Positions 1-12,944 of a stretch of 64,000 nt of DNA are shown here, piece by piece. The DNA comes from Eledone cirrhosa (Eukaryota), in contig OZ024742.1 of the NCBI GenBank assembly GCA_964016885.1, forward strand, positions 223,262,001-223,326,000. The letters are read 5' to 3'. Positions within the stretch are counted from its first letter, which is position 1, and every line of letters starts with the position of its first letter. The notes below the pieces were generated by a model that ran no database searches, was not told the DNA's origin, and saw only the letters and a program-made list of their open reading frames with translations. The translations under genes and the position numbers were made by a program.

Positions 1-85
1 TTATAATTAAAAAGAAATAGGATTTCACTTCAAACATAGCTTTATACAATATGTATGAATATTTTGTATCTCCAAAGAAATACGG

Positions 86-139
<54 letters not shown>

Positions 140-141
<2 letters not shown>

Positions 142-446
142 AGGCACACGGCTTAGTGGTTAGAGCATTGGCCTTGCAATCGAAAGGTTGTGAGTTCAAT
201 TCTCAGACCGGGTGATGTGTTGTTTCCTTGAATAAGACACTTTATTTCACATTGCTCCAGTTTACTCAGCTGTAGAAATGAGATGATAAGGACTGGGGTC
301 CCTATCATTCCACTGCAAAGTGGTCGTGGAGGTGCCACGGCAAAAAAGCACCCAGCACTCACTGAAATCAAGCCAGAATCAGTTCCTGTCCCACCCTTGC
401 AAGCAGGGAAAAACGGATGTAAAATGAAATGATGATGATGATGATA
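140..446 (+). mobile_element. tRNA-derived SINE, family B (internal deletion)
   Basis: A box ggcttagtgg, B box gagttcaatt, central ccttgaataagacactt...ctccagtttactcagctgtagaaatg domain, (ATG)n tail; near-identical to 33563-33904. Confidence 0.9.
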
Positions 447-484
447 TATATATATACATATATATACACATATAATATATATAT

Positions 485-660
485 CATCATCATCATTTAA
501 CGTCCATCTTCCACGCTAGCATGGGGTAGGGCGAGCTGACCCTTTGTGAGGGATCAGGTCGGTGGACCATAATTCACTCACACAGAACTGATTCTGGCTT
601 GGTTTCTACGGCTGGATGCCCTTCCTAACACCAACCACATTTACATGTACAGGTGCTGGG

Positions 661-662
<2 letters not shown>
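485..662 (-). mobile_element. SINE 3' fragment
   Basis: (CAT)n + ttaacgtccatcttccacgctagcatgg + ggctggatgcccttcctaacacc. Confidence 0.8.
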
Positions 663-710
<48 letters not shown>

Positions 711-884
711 GTGTGTATAAATATATATATACGTATGTGTGTGTGTATAAATATATATATACGTATGTATGTATGTATAAATATATATATATATGTATGT
801 ATGTGTGGGTATGTATATATTTATGTATGTTATGTTGTCGCCTCCTGACTTACATCAGGATTCTACATAACATACATATATTTA

Positions 885-927
<43 letters not shown>

Positions 928-1150
928 CTTGGTAGTGTGCTGGAATGTATGTAAACCAGACACAAGCCTCTGGCATATCTGAGAGGTCAGTAGCTTTGCT
1001 TAAGTACTGACTCGGCTTGTGACAACCCATCCAACTCTTGCTATCAGGGAAAATGGATGTTAAATGATGATGATGATAATGATCATCATCATCACCCTTT
1101 AATGTACATTTTCCCTGCCAGTAAGAGTTTGCTAGATGAAATACCAGCCA

Positions 1151-1194
<44 letters not shown>

Positions 1195-1429
1195 GAGTGG
1201 TCCCTTTGGTAATGAATCTAATTTGTTACTATAAAAATTAATTACCACTTCACTTAAAATATATGTTTTTAAGAAGAATTTGTCCCCAAACCTCAACTAA
1301 TACTGAAAGGCTACATCCAAAGCAATCTTTTAGAAATTAATAAAACCCAACTTATAAATATAATTAAATCATCAAGTTCCTGCAACTGGTGCTGTCAGTT
1401 ATTGGCATGCCACCCTAGATGCTTTTGCA

Positions 1430-2780
1430 GTCAGCCATCAGCATTGGTCTCTATTCTAGAAGGGTCTCAGTGTAGTAACCTGTCAAGTCTTTGGTGTTGT
1501 GAAACCAGGACTTTCTTTGTCTGCATCTTCTTTGTCTTCCCTCGGTTGTGCCCTGAAAGATGGTTTTAGCCAGGGAGTTGTGGCAAGATATATGACTACC
1601 TGACAAGCCTCTGTCTTTTCATCACTGCAAGAAGTGGTTCTTTTCTGCCAATGTATTTGTTTGACAAAGCAGTTTGTTTTGTGCTCTTTGTATGGAATGT
1701 ATCGCAGCCTTCTGAACCACTTGTGCTTGAATACCTGGATTCTTCATTTCATATGTCAACTGTAAGAGTCCAGCTCTTTCACCCATACAAAATGTTCGAA
1801 ATCACCAGGAACTTGTACAATTTGAGCCTAATGGAGTTGCTTTTCCATATGATGTTCAGCTTTGCCATGGCAGAAGAGGCTAGGTCAAGTATTGTCATTA
1901 TCTCCTTTTGAAGCCTGCCATTCTTGGTCAGAGTGGTTCCTAGCTATTTGAAGGTGTTGACTTCTTCAAGTCTTCTGTTCAACATGATGCTAGTTGCTGT
2001 ATTTTGGTTATGATTATTAACAAAAATTTGCTCTTTTTCGATCTGATTTCTATTTCATATGCTCTTGATACTTTCTCCAGTCTGATGGTGAGCTCCGGGA
2101 GTTCTGCTTCACTGCTTCCTAATAAGTCAATATCATCAACAAAAACAAGTTGGTGATGGGCCGTCCTCCAATGGAAACAGAGGTGTGGAAGTCTTGGAGA
2201 GTCTCTTGCATGATATTCTCCAGGAAGATGTTGAAAAGCACTGGAGATTGTCACACTCCCACTGTTGTCCTGAAGAATCTAAAGTTGATGAAGTTATGAT
2301 AGAAATCAGATTAGCGCTGAAGTTGTTTCTTGGTTAGCAGTCTGATGTTAGATATCTGCTCTGTTGTACTTCTTTTGGGCCTGAATCCTACCTGTTCTGC
2401 CAGAGTTTCTTCTGTCTTTCCCTTAAGTTTGTTTAGAACTCTTAGAACTACTTTACTGGGATGAATAATAAGACTGTTCTGTAAATTTAGCAGAGTCTTA
2501 ATTTGCCTTTTTGAGAATGGGTATCATCAATGATTGGATCCACTCCTTTGGCCATTTCTTCATTTCCCATATCTTCTGACAGTTAAATGTCAATGCTTTC
2601 ATAAGTTTTGGCACTCCATGTTTTAGGAGCTCTAAAAGGATCTTATCCTCTCCTGGGAGATTTTCCATCTTTCAGCATGCACACCACCTCTTCGACTTCC
2701 TGGAGAATTGGAATATCCTCCAAGTTCTCTATTCTTATTTGTGGAATTGTCCAGAATGTTGATGTCATATCTGAGTTTGT
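1430..2780 (-). mobile_element. Degenerate RTE-type LINE reverse transcriptase fragment
   Basis: Translated pieces LKDGKSP, an AGFRPKRSTTEQ-like motif and FVDDIDLLGSSEAEL (RT YADD-like box), with stops and frameshifts. Confidence 0.8.
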
Positions 2781-2909
2781 GGTTATAATCATTTTTGCAA
2801 TAAATACATTTAATAAAGACCAATGTAATGATTGTACAGTAAATACAAGATTGAATAAGCAGAAAGAAAACAATTCAGTTTTGATTTTCTGTTTTGTTTA
2901 CATCATACA

Positions 2910-3157
2910 CATTATTTCACATTGCTCCAGTTTACTCAGCTGTAGAAATGAGATGATAGAGACTGGGGTTCATATCATTCCACTGCAAAGTGGTCGTGGA
3001 GGTGCCACGGCAAAAAAGCACCCAGCACTCACTGTAAATGAGGTTGGTGTTAGGAAGGGCATCCAGCTGTAGAAATCAAGCTAGAATCAGTTCCCGTCCC
3101 ACCCTTGCAAGCAGGGAAAAGCGGACGTAAAATGATGATGATGATGATGATGATGAT
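2910..3157 (+). mobile_element. 5'-truncated SINE, family B
   Basis: Matches 33660-33904 nearly base for base; (ATG)n tail. Confidence 0.9.
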
Positions 3158-3282
3158 ACATGTATCAAGTAACACAAAATTGATATTAACAAGAGTGTCA
3201 ACTTATTTAACAGGCACCTAATTATTGAAGAGCACAAAATAAATGCTAACAAGACAAAGTTAAGCCAGATAAATATAAAAGA

Positions 3283-3421
3283 TAGCCATGTCATACACTA
3301 ACACTCCACACAACAAAAGGTAGCCATGTCATGCACTAACACTCCACACAACAAAAGGTAGCCATGTCATACACTAACACTCCACACAATAAAAGCTAGC
3401 CATGTCATACACTAACACTCC
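3283..3421. repeat. 38-bp minisatellite, ~3.6 copies
   Basis: tagccatgtcatacactaacactccacacaacaaaagg. Confidence 0.9.
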
Positions 3422-3648
3422 TGCACACGATTGGCTTGAGTGATCCCAAGTGAACTTTTATGGCCTTAGTTTTTAATTTGTTATTTTTTATATGGAAATT
3501 GTTCCATTACCTGATTTTCATTACCACAGATGTTCATTACTGAAGAATTCATTGTATTTGTATATATATGTGTGTATATCTTAGTGTGTGTGTGTTAAAA
3601 TTCCTTCTTAATTGCTGTATTTATTATTTAAATGCTCTGTACACTTAC

Positions 3649-4096
3649 ATCATCATCATCATCATCGCCGTTTTACGTCCATTCTTCCACGCTAGCATGG
3701 GTTAGATGGGTTGTCCTGCTGTGAGCAGTGTCCAGTCAGCTGACCATGCCTTGCTCACATGGGAACTGATTCTGGCTTGATTTCTACAGCTAGATGCCCT
3801 TCCTAACACCAACCTCATTTACAGTGAGTGCTGGGTGCTTTTTTGCCGTGGCACCTCCACGTCCACTTTACAGTGTGGGCTGGGTACTTTTTTTGCCATG
3901 GCACCTCCACGACCACTTTACAGTGGAATGATATGGACCTCAGTCCTATCATCTCATTTCTACAGCTGAGTAAACTGGAGCAATGTGAAATAAAGTGTCT
4001 TGCTCAAGGAAACAACACATCACCCAGTCTGAGAATTGAACTCACAACCTTTCGATTGCAAGGCCAATGCTCTAACCACTAAGCCATGTGCCTCCA
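3649..4096 (-). mobile_element. Full-length SINE, family B, with internal duplication
   Basis: Reverse complement of the 33563 copy; the tttacagtg..gctgggt..ttttgcc.tggcacctccacg unit is duplicated; different 3' tail. Confidence 0.9.
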
Positions 4097-4661
4097 TTAC
4101 ACTTGGACAATAACCCAGATTTGTTTAACACAAATTTAATATCTATCTGATTACGATTCTATATGGATGACACCTTGGACAAATAGATTCTTTCTATTTA
4201 CTGATTGTAGAACCACATTGACCTCGAAAGTTCCTTGGCATACTTTACCATTTTCATCTTTCAATAGTTTTACACTTGTTTGTGTGTGTGTGTGTGTGTA
4301 CTGGGTAGTTTTTACTTGAAGTGTTACCCATATATATATGTGTATATATCTTTATAATATATAGAAATGACTTTTACAGGGCTAGAATGAAACAATTCTA
4401 GTCCTGTAGAGGTCATTTCTATATAAAATAAAGATGCCTATACTCTACCAATGTATTGAGTCCCTTTTTTAACTGTGGTTACCCCAGACACAACTTGAGA
4501 ATCTATACATATATATGTGTTGTGTGCATATATACATATCTTTCTGTGGAAATACTAGTTATATATATATCTATGTATATGCGTGTATATATATATGTAT
4601 ATGTGTGTGTATTGGGTATATGCTATATGCTGTGTTAGCTATGTATGTATATTGCCTGCAG

Positions 4662-4757
4662 GTATCTGTTGCTGCTGCTACTACTACTGTCAGTCTGAGA
4701 CCAGAGAATAATTCTTTGGTCAGAAGAACAGGAAAGAAAGACAGGCAAAAAGTCAAA
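4662..4757 (+). CDS. CUEDC1: Probable internal exon of the CUEDC1-like gene (VSVAAATTTVSLRPENNSLVRRTGKKDRQKVK)
   Basis: cctgcAG at 4660-4661 and GTaggt at 4758; 96 nt, open, phase 0/0, joins in frame to exon 12945 (QKVK|RHTISG). No conserved motif recognised. Confidence 0.55.
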
Positions 4758-4837
4758 GTAGGTTTTTGTTTTTTGGTCTTTGAAATTTCTGTTTCTGAAT
4801 TGGGATGTGTAATGATAATAATAATAATAATAATAAT

Positions 4838-5140
4838 AATGATTTCTAGTATAGGCACAAGGCCAGTAATTTGGGGGGAGGGGAAAGTCGATAAATCGAC
4901 CCCAGTACGTGACTGGTACTTTATTTTATTGACCCCCGTAAGGATGAAAGGCAAAACTAGCATCACTGGGATTTGAACTCAGAATGTAGAGAGTCCAAAT
5001 CCCACCAAAGCAATCTTTGTCTTTCATTCTTTTGAGGTTGATAAAATAAAGTACAAGTCAAATACTGGGGCTGATTTAATCGACTTTCTTCACTTCCTCC
5101 CAAATTGTCGGGCATATACCTAAATTAGAAACCATTAATA
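4838..5140. mobile_element. Two head-to-head family A SINE fragments
   Basis: - copy at 4838-4990 followed by a + copy at ~4995-5140. Confidence 0.7.
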
Positions 5141-6024
5141 ACAACTATATTATTTGTTTCTTTACAAACTATTTTCTGTTTGAAACAACAATAACAACTA
5201 CTAATCAATACACCACCACCACCTCCACCACCACCACCTCTACCACCTTTAATCAATTGATTATAATTAATAAAATACTTTTTCTTTTTGTTCTTGTTGT
5301 CTTGTTCCTCCTCTTTTTCAATCTTCTCTCTATATATTTTAGTTATTATTGTGGAAGGTGAATGGCCTAGTGGTTACGGTGTTGAACTCACAATCATAAG
5401 GTTGTGGATTCAGTTCATGGATCAGATAGTGCATTGTGTTCTTGAACAAGACACTTCATCTTCCTTCTGCCAAGAGTTGTAACCAGCAGATAGTTTCAAC
5501 AATCAATGGAAAGACCAATGGCAACATAGTTTCCTTGGTCTTATCGGATGAGCAGCTCCTCTCCTGGGAGAAGCTGTTGTTGTGTTGTTCCAGTTGCTGT
5601 TAATGTTTTGCCTTGTCAAGTTTGAAATATTAATAAAACCTTAAAACCTAAGTGGTCTTTTCAATCAACAATAATGTACTCCTGTTGACTTCTGGGTGGT
5701 GGAATATGTGCTTTTTGTGACCTCAACCAAATCCTGGATCTCCATTCATGGTTATAGATGTTACATCTGTAGGTTATTGCATTTGTAGGTTATATCTGTA
5801 GGTTGTGGCATCTGTAGGTTGTCACAGTCATGGAGGCTGAAGTGCACATTGCCAGAATGATTGGTGTTGGTAAACCTTGTCTGTTCTGAGAACTTGTATC
5901 ACAGTCATTCCTTGGTGGATTGTTGCTCACCAGACATTCCAGTCTTTCATATGGATTTACTAATCTTCTAACTCCATTTTACATTATACACATTATACAT
6001 AACAAGACACATTATATATAATAA

Positions 6025-6210
6025 CGGTGGATTGGCAGTATCGGTAGAAGGTCGGACGCCATGCTTTCCAGCATAGTTACGTCCCTTTACGATCTGAGTT
6101 CAAATCCCGCCGAGGTTGACTTTGCCTTTCATCCTTACGGGGTCGATAAAATAAAGTACCAGTAATGAACTGGGTAATTGCTGGCCTTGTGCCTAAAGTA
6201 GAAACAATTA
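6025..6210 (+). mobile_element. Young ~190-bp tRNA SINE, family A
   Basis: tggcagtatcggtag A box, gagttcaaatcc B box; 16-bp direct repeat ATTATATATAATAACG at 6011-6026 and 6207-6222. Confidence 0.9.
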
Positions 6211-6481
6211 TATATAATAACGACAAAAATTTTTTGTAAAATCCATTTTCTGAGTTCAAATCCTGCGAAGGTAAACTTAACATGTTGAATATTCAGTTAA
6301 TCAAACAACTGAATGTCCAACATCAGAACCTATTGAGAATCCATCAGAGGACATTAAATGTGTTGGAAGGTGGAGAATTGGCAGAGTCATTAAAACAACT
6401 TGGTTATCTCTGCTCTGAGTTCAAATCCTGCTGAAGTTAATTTTGTCTTTCATCCTTTCAAGGCCTGTTCAGTACTGGTGT

Positions 6482-6550
<69 letters not shown>

Positions 6551-6698
6551 CTTCTCCCCCCCCCCTCTCTCTCTCTCTCAAATCAGCTGTGTTTAGACCT
6601 GGAGAGGGATGGGCTCCACAACATTTCTATGCCCAAAACACACAATATATCACTACACAACCCCTATGGCTCTATCAGGAGTTAGTTCAATGTCATTG

Positions 6699-6780
<82 letters not shown>

Positions 6781-6807
6781 TGTTGTTATTATTAGACAAT
6801 ATAAAGG

Positions 6808-7030
6808 GTGGTGGGTTAGCAGTATCGTTAGAGCATTGGACATTATTCTTAGCAGCATAAAGTTACGGCCCTTTACATTCTGAATCCAAATCCCACCAAG
6901 GTTAGCTTTGCCTTTCACCCTTACAGGATCGATAAAATAAAGCACCAGTAACGCACTGGGGCCGATTTAATCAATTTTCCCCTTCCCCAAAAATTGTTGG
7001 CCTTGTGCCTAAATCAGAAACAATTATTAG
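6808..7030 (+). mobile_element. Family A-related SINE (longer variant)
   Basis: ctttgcctttcacccttacaggatcgataaaataaag...ggccttgtgcctaaatcagaaacaatt. Confidence 0.8.
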
Positions 7031-7089
7031 ACAATACAATGGCAGTGGATTGGGAGTATCGGTTGGATAATATATAGGGTGTTATTATT

Positions 7090-7440
7090 GGACAATATAT
7101 AGTGTTACTATAGGACATGACTTAGTGGTTAGAGCATTGGACTTGCAATCATGAGGTTGTGAGTTCGATTCTCGGACTGGTTGACACGTTGTGTCCTTGA
7201 GCAAGACACTTTATTTCACGTTGCTCCAGTTTACTCAGCTGTAGAAATGAGTTGCAACGTCACTGCTGCTGAGTTGTATCGGCCATTGCCTTTCCTTTGG
7301 ACAACATTGGTGGTGTGGAGAGGGGAGGCTGGTATGGATGGGTAACTGCTGGTCTTCCATAAACAGCCTTGCTTGGACTTGTGTCTCAGAGGAGGAACTT
7401 TTTAGATGCAAATCCCAAGGTCATTCGTGACTGAAAGGGC
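7090..7440 (+). mobile_element. tRNA SINE with family B head and central domain but a different 3' half
   Basis: gacttagtggttagagcattggacttgcaatc...gttcgattctc...ccttgagcaagacac. Confidence 0.8.
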
Positions 7441-7764
7441 TGAAAGGGCATTATTGGACAATATATAGTGTTTGTTAAATAATGTGTTATTGGACAATAT
7501 ACATACATATATATATAGTTTGTGTTATTAAACATTATATATTGTGTGTTATTGTTTTAACTGCCAAAAATGTTTGTGAAACCAAGTTTCATTGACTGAC
7601 TATTTGTAAAGCTGGTGTTGAAATATTACTTGCTTCTTAACTCCTGCCTGTAAGATCTTTATTTTGTTGTTCTTTATATATACAGCATGTATGCATGTCA
7701 AATTTACATAAGTTTTGAACTATTCTATATATATATATTTCAACCATGCCCACCTTTGTATATA

Positions 7765-8350
7765 TACTCACTCACTCATGAGTCTAGTTTCCTCAATCCA
7801 ATGAACAATACTCCTTCCATTTGTCTCGATCTAGCATTATCACTCTAATTTCTCTTAAATTCCATCCGGTGTCATCATATAGCATATCCAGATATGTTGT
7901 TACAGGACGACCTCTACTTCTATGACTCTCTGCAGGCTTCCATAAAAGAACATGGCTGACACACTCGTTTTTTGCCCTGTAACAATGTCCTGCAAAACAC
8001 ATCCTTCTTAGACAAACAATATCTGACATGGGAGGACTATCCAGATAGAGTTCTCCATTTGTGTCTCTCTGTCGCCAAGATATGTTGAAAGCGTGTCTCA
8101 GGAGTCTCGTATAACATCCATTTAGTCTTGTTTCGAGGGTTTTATTAAGTGTCCATGCTTCCGACCCGTAGAGTAACACACTTTCTACTGTGGCTTTGAA
8201 GAACATACGCTTTAGTCTCTTCAAGGGAGATGATTGCCATATTTTGTTAGGTTTGTTTATGGCCGACCATGTTAAGGCTTTTCTGATGTTGATTTCTTTT
8301 TCTGTTTCTGAGATATTTGAAATCAGAAACTTCTTTAATAGTTTTGCCAT
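7765..8350 (-). mobile_element. 5'-truncated RTE-type LINE 3' end
   Basis: 185-aa ORF with VESVLLYGSEAWTL, FAGHCYR and RGRP, followed by a (TGAG)n/(TA)n tail. Confidence 0.85.
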
Positions 8351-8687
8351 TTGAAACCCTCAGCTGATCATGTGTATTATATCATATTACTTGAACTACT
8401 TTATATATACTTTAACCATCCTACCACTGTATATATACTTGAATTACACTATATATATGTTAACTACTATATATATATATATATATATACTTTAACCATC
8501 TTGCCACTCTGTAATATACTTGAACTACATTATATATATGTTAACTCTCTCACAGCTGTACCATCTCATCATAGTGAACTCTTCAACTATCATTCTATCA
8601 CATGACTGTACAGTGTTAGTGTCATTTAAGAATCAGACGCCTGGTCACCAGGTCACTGGTATAGCATCACAGCTGTAATAATAATAA

Positions 8688-8876
8688 TTGTTTCTACTTT
8701 AGGCACAAGGCCAGCAATTATCCAGTGCATTACTGGTACTTTATTTTATCGACCCCGTAAGGATGAAAGGCAAAGTTAACCTCGGTGGGATTTGAACTCT
8801 GATTGGAAAGGGCCGTAACTCTATGCATCAAAGCATGGCGTCCGACCCTCTACCGATACTGCCAATCCCCCGCCAT
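8688..8876 (-). mobile_element. SINE family A
   Basis: Reverse complement of 6025-6210, flanked by (TAA)n. Confidence 0.88.
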
Positions 8877-9049
8877 ATAATGATAATAATAATGCACTGA
8901 GTTTTGTTTCTCCCATTTGTACACCCAAACCTATGTGTCTGTGTATATACACACACATTTAGATTATTACACTTCTGTTATATTTGTCTAACCCATGCCA
9001 GTATGGAAAAGCAGACATTAAACAACGAGGAATGGTCTATTTCTCTGTC

Positions 9050-9089
<40 letters not shown>

Positions 9090-9390
9090 TAAACTAATCA
9101 AATGTAAAACTAAAAATAACGCAACAATCTATGTAACTATCTGATAACAGCAACCAACTGCATGTTTAATTAAGTTTGGTAATTATACTACATTGTTAAT
9201 TGGTTATGAAACTTATTTGATATAATTACATTGATAATGGTCATGGCTTATGTCATTTAATAGACTGCATGCACTTGTGTATATAACCCCTCTCTATTTT
9301 ACATCCATCATTTACAGTATACCATATATACTCTTAAGTGTAACCGTTGTGTATAATGTCACCCCTCTCTTTTACATTCATCATCTATAA

Positions 9391-9532
9391 CAGAGGTCTC
9401 AAATACTCTGCCCACAAACTACTTTTTTATGGCCCACAGCAGAACAATTTTCGTGACTAATTAATGAAAATTTGTTCCCCAACATTTTGTACTAATTCAC
9501 ATATCCCTCTAACTATCAAATGCATATTCAAA

Positions 9533-9565
<33 letters not shown>

Positions 9566-9711
9566 TTTTTTTTCTAAAATTTATATATATACGTATATAT
9601 ATATTTGCCTTATAACTAGTGGAAATCACGCCACACCTCATCTCACTTTTGGCCCACTTTGCCTCTTCAGAATATAATGACCCTTTCAAGTCCTTTAGTT
9701 TGAGATCTCTG
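9391..9711. mobile_element. hAT-like MITE
   Basis: CAGAGGTCTCAAA...TTTGAGATCTCTG inverted ends; no clean 8-bp TSD. Confidence 0.55.
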
Positions 9712-10541
9712 TTTTACAGTATTCCATATAAACTCATGTATATATTACCATACAATGTAAAATTAAGCTATTTTCATACTTGTAACTGAGTAATATTTAT
9801 TATTACCCACATTATATATATATTTATATATAGCTATACTTGTATATCATCATAATAATGTCACACCTCTATTTTACATACACCATCATTTTTATATCTG
9901 TTTGCTCTATACAGACATTTTGGCAGGTTTTCTATAGCTAGATGCCCTTTTCAATGCCAACTTATACTTTATAAAGTATAGTATATACTAGTCATTATCC
10001 TATCTACTATTCGCTTGGAGAGGAAATGTCTTTGTTGTCAATATATATTTTGAATTGTGGTTTTGTAGGACAATAGATAAATCACATTCTAGTTTTCCAC
10101 ATCATATTTTTGTGGAAATTATGATTTATACTGGAGTAAATACAGTATATACAGTATATACAGTATATACAGTTTGTTATTTGAAAATATAACTTGTTCA
10201 ATATATTTAGGGTTTTTTTAAAAATTTTGTTTTAAAAATAGCATTTTGTTTCATATCTTAAAATTTCATTTTTTTTTCACACCCATTTTTATTATATGTA
10301 CATTTTCTTCATGTATAATACACACACTATAAAGACAGTGTTAAGATATATGTATATATACACCTATTTTGATAATGTGCATGTATATATACTAACATAT
10401 TACATCTGTTGTGTCTGTGCATGCGTACATATATTTCAGTGTGTATAAACCAATTTGACCTGTTATGACCACCAAAGAGGTATATTATTAATGGATGCTG
10501 GAAAAAGAAAAATTAGAAAATAATAAAAAAAATTTTCAGTA

Positions 10542-10806
10542 CAGTGGAACCACAGTTCACAAACTTAATTTATTCTTGAACTATTTTTCCCCATACCAAA
10601 TGTTGAGAAATATAGTGAGAGAGAGACTGTGTGTAAAAGACAGATAGATATCACCATAGTAACTAACTACACAGCAAGTGACACTTTACCGCTGATACTC
10701 TCAGCTTGTCAAGAACTGTTGTTGCTGGTTTGCATGTTTGTTACTTGAGATACCGTTTGTCGCCCGAGATGTTCAGAAAAATTGTTCATGAACTAAGGTT
10801 CCATTG
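10542..10806. mobile_element. pogo/Tigger-like MITE
   Basis: TA|CAGTGGAACCACAGTTCAC...ATGAACTAAGGTTCCATTG|TA. Confidence 0.7.
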
Positions 10807-10877
10807 TATATATGTTTTCTAAAATTATGTTGAATTTAGAATATGTTAAATTTAGAATCCTTTTATTGTTTTGCTTG

Positions 10878-10991
10878 TTTCAATCATTAGACTGTGGCCA
10901 TACTAGGGCACTACGTTTCAGTCATTAAACTGTGGCCATAATAGCGCACCATGTTTCAGTCATTGGACTGTGACCAAACTAGGGCACCATG
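10878..10991. repeat. ~38-bp repeat x3 (duplicated SINE tail)
   Basis: tttcagtcattagactgtggccatactagggcacca. Confidence 0.7.
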
Positions 10992-11534
10992 GGTAAAGTC
11001 AATCATATCGATCCTAGTATTTATTTTTTAAAAGTTTATTCTTTTTTTTTTTTAAATTGTAATTATCATACTCGATTGCCATTGCTTGGACACCTTTCCA
11101 GAAATCCAGGCCACAAGTCAACCAGAGAATAGCTTCTCTATTTAAGGCTTCTAACATCTCTGACCAAATTTCATCCTCTCTATGACCCTCCCAGGAACAA
11201 GTGGGCAAAGAAGTTTTGAACTGGTTTTATCAATCCTGTTTTTTTGATGAACCCCTAAATGTTGAACATTCTGTTGTAAACATTTGGGTCAGTACCTAAG
11301 AACTGATTAAAAAATCTTCTTCACTAACGAAATGCCACTTATCAAATTAAAATATAGACTTAGCTGCATGGTTTAGGAAGTTCACTTTGCAAACATGTGG
11401 TTTCAAGTTCAATCTCATAGAATGGCATCTTGTGCAAGTATCTTCTATTATAGCCTTGGGCTGGGCAATATCTTGTTAGTTAATTTATGGTAGATGGAAA
11501 CTGTGTGGAAGATCATGTTATTTAACATCATTAT

Positions 11535-11720
11535 CGGTGAATTGGCAGTATCGGTAGAGGGTCGGACATGCATTCCAGCATAGTTACGTCCCTTTACGAT
11601 CTGAGTTCAAATCCCGCTGAGGTTAACTTTGCCTTTCATCCTTATGGGGTTGATAAAATAAAGTACCAGTAATGTACTGGGTAATTGCTGGCCTTGTGCC
11701 AAAAATAGAAACAATTATCA
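11535..11720 (+). mobile_element. SINE family A inserted in an older SINE
   Basis: Near-identical to the 6025 copy; catcattat direct repeats flank it. Confidence 0.88.
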
Positions 11721-12343
11721 TCATTATTATAGGTCCATTTTCCATGCTAGATTAGATGGGTCAGATAACTGTCGTATATGTTCATATTTTCCCAAGGTTT
11801 CTGTCTGGATGCTCTTCTTAACAGTTGCCACCTTACAAAGTGTACTGATTGTAGTTTATCATGGCACATATGTATGATTTTGCATGTCTTCACATTGACA
11901 CCAAAAACGGTGCTGTTTGTTTATGTCTCGCATCCTGCAATTTAGCGATTCAATGGGTGAAGGTCAATGGAATAAGTGTCTTAAAAATAAGAGTTAGGGA
12001 TCAGGAACATCATCTAGCTGTAGAATACTGCCTTAAAAAAGTCTTACCCAACCTATGCCATCATAGAAAATTAAACATAAACAACTGTGATGATGATGAT
12101 GATGATGATGATGATAAAGCAATAAATGAAAAACACCTGCCAGTCATGGTTCAATTCTTGCAGTCATCTATTGCCCTTGTTATTCCATCTCAAGAGTAAT
12201 ATACCTCATTTATTCAACTATTTTATACTTAATATATGTGTTGTGGCAGCTTTTCATAAGAAAGGTAAATAGATTATATTTTAAAAACTTGCCCAGTTTC
12301 TTTGAAAATGTTTTGGTTTATTAACATTTTTCCCCATCTTGCC

Positions 12344-12921
12344 CTGCTGTTGTTATACCTGTTGTTGTTATACCTGTTGTTGTTATACCTCTTGTTATAC
12401 CTGTTGTTGTTATACCTCTTGTTATACCTGTTGTTGTTATACATGTTGTTGTTATACCTGTTGTTGTTATACCTGTTGTTATACCTCTTGTTGTTATACC
12501 TCTTGTTATACCTCTTGTTGTTATACCTGTTGTTGTTATACCTGTTGTTGCTATACCTGTTGTTATACCTGTTGTTGTTATACCTCTTGTTATACCTGTT
12601 GTTATACCTCTTGTTGTTATACCTGTTGATATACCTTTTGTTATACCTCTTGTTGTTATACCTGTTGTTGTTACACCTGTTGTTATACCTGTTATACCTG
12701 ATGTTGTTACACCTGTTGTTATACCTGTTGCTGTTACACCTGTTGTTATACCTGCTGTTGTTATACCTGTTGTTATACCCGTTGTTACACCTGTTGTACT
12801 TGTATATATTGTTATACCTGTCTTTTACCTGTTACAGTTGTTGTTATAACTGTTGTTGTACCTGTAGTTATTACACCTGTTGTAATACATGTTACACTTG
12901 TTTTACCTGTTGTTACACCTG
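12344..12921. repeat. 12/15-bp intronic minisatellite (CTGTTG[TTG]TTATAC)n
   Basis: Directly visible; ends ~25 nt before the 12945 acceptor. Confidence 0.95.
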
Positions 12922-12944
12922 ATCTTTTTTCTCATTAACTACAG

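Noticed and set aside
153-371. Recurrent 72-84 aa ORFs ending LQGQCSNH (also 3828-4082, 33576-33812)
   Set aside because: Antisense reading of SINE family B copies, not a gene family.
645-1153. VCVC/YIYI/THTH ORFs (also near 4515, 6400-6945, 8904)
   Set aside because: Dinucleotide microsatellite translations.
5460-5960. Possible LTR/integrase or exon fragment
   Set aside because: Higher-complexity sequence, but I found no sustained ORF or recognisable motif.
9530-9575. A-run/(TA)n/T-run hairpin as a terminator
   Set aside because: Low-complexity homopolymers inside a MITE.
9985-10350. Possible non-autonomous Helitron (ACTAG end)
   Set aside because: No clear subterminal hairpin or second copy to support it.
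12302-12922. Cys-rich (CCCYT)n metallothionein/keratin-like ORF and poly-Leu ORF
   Set aside because: These are translations of an intronic 12/15-bp minisatellite with no ATG start or exon signals.
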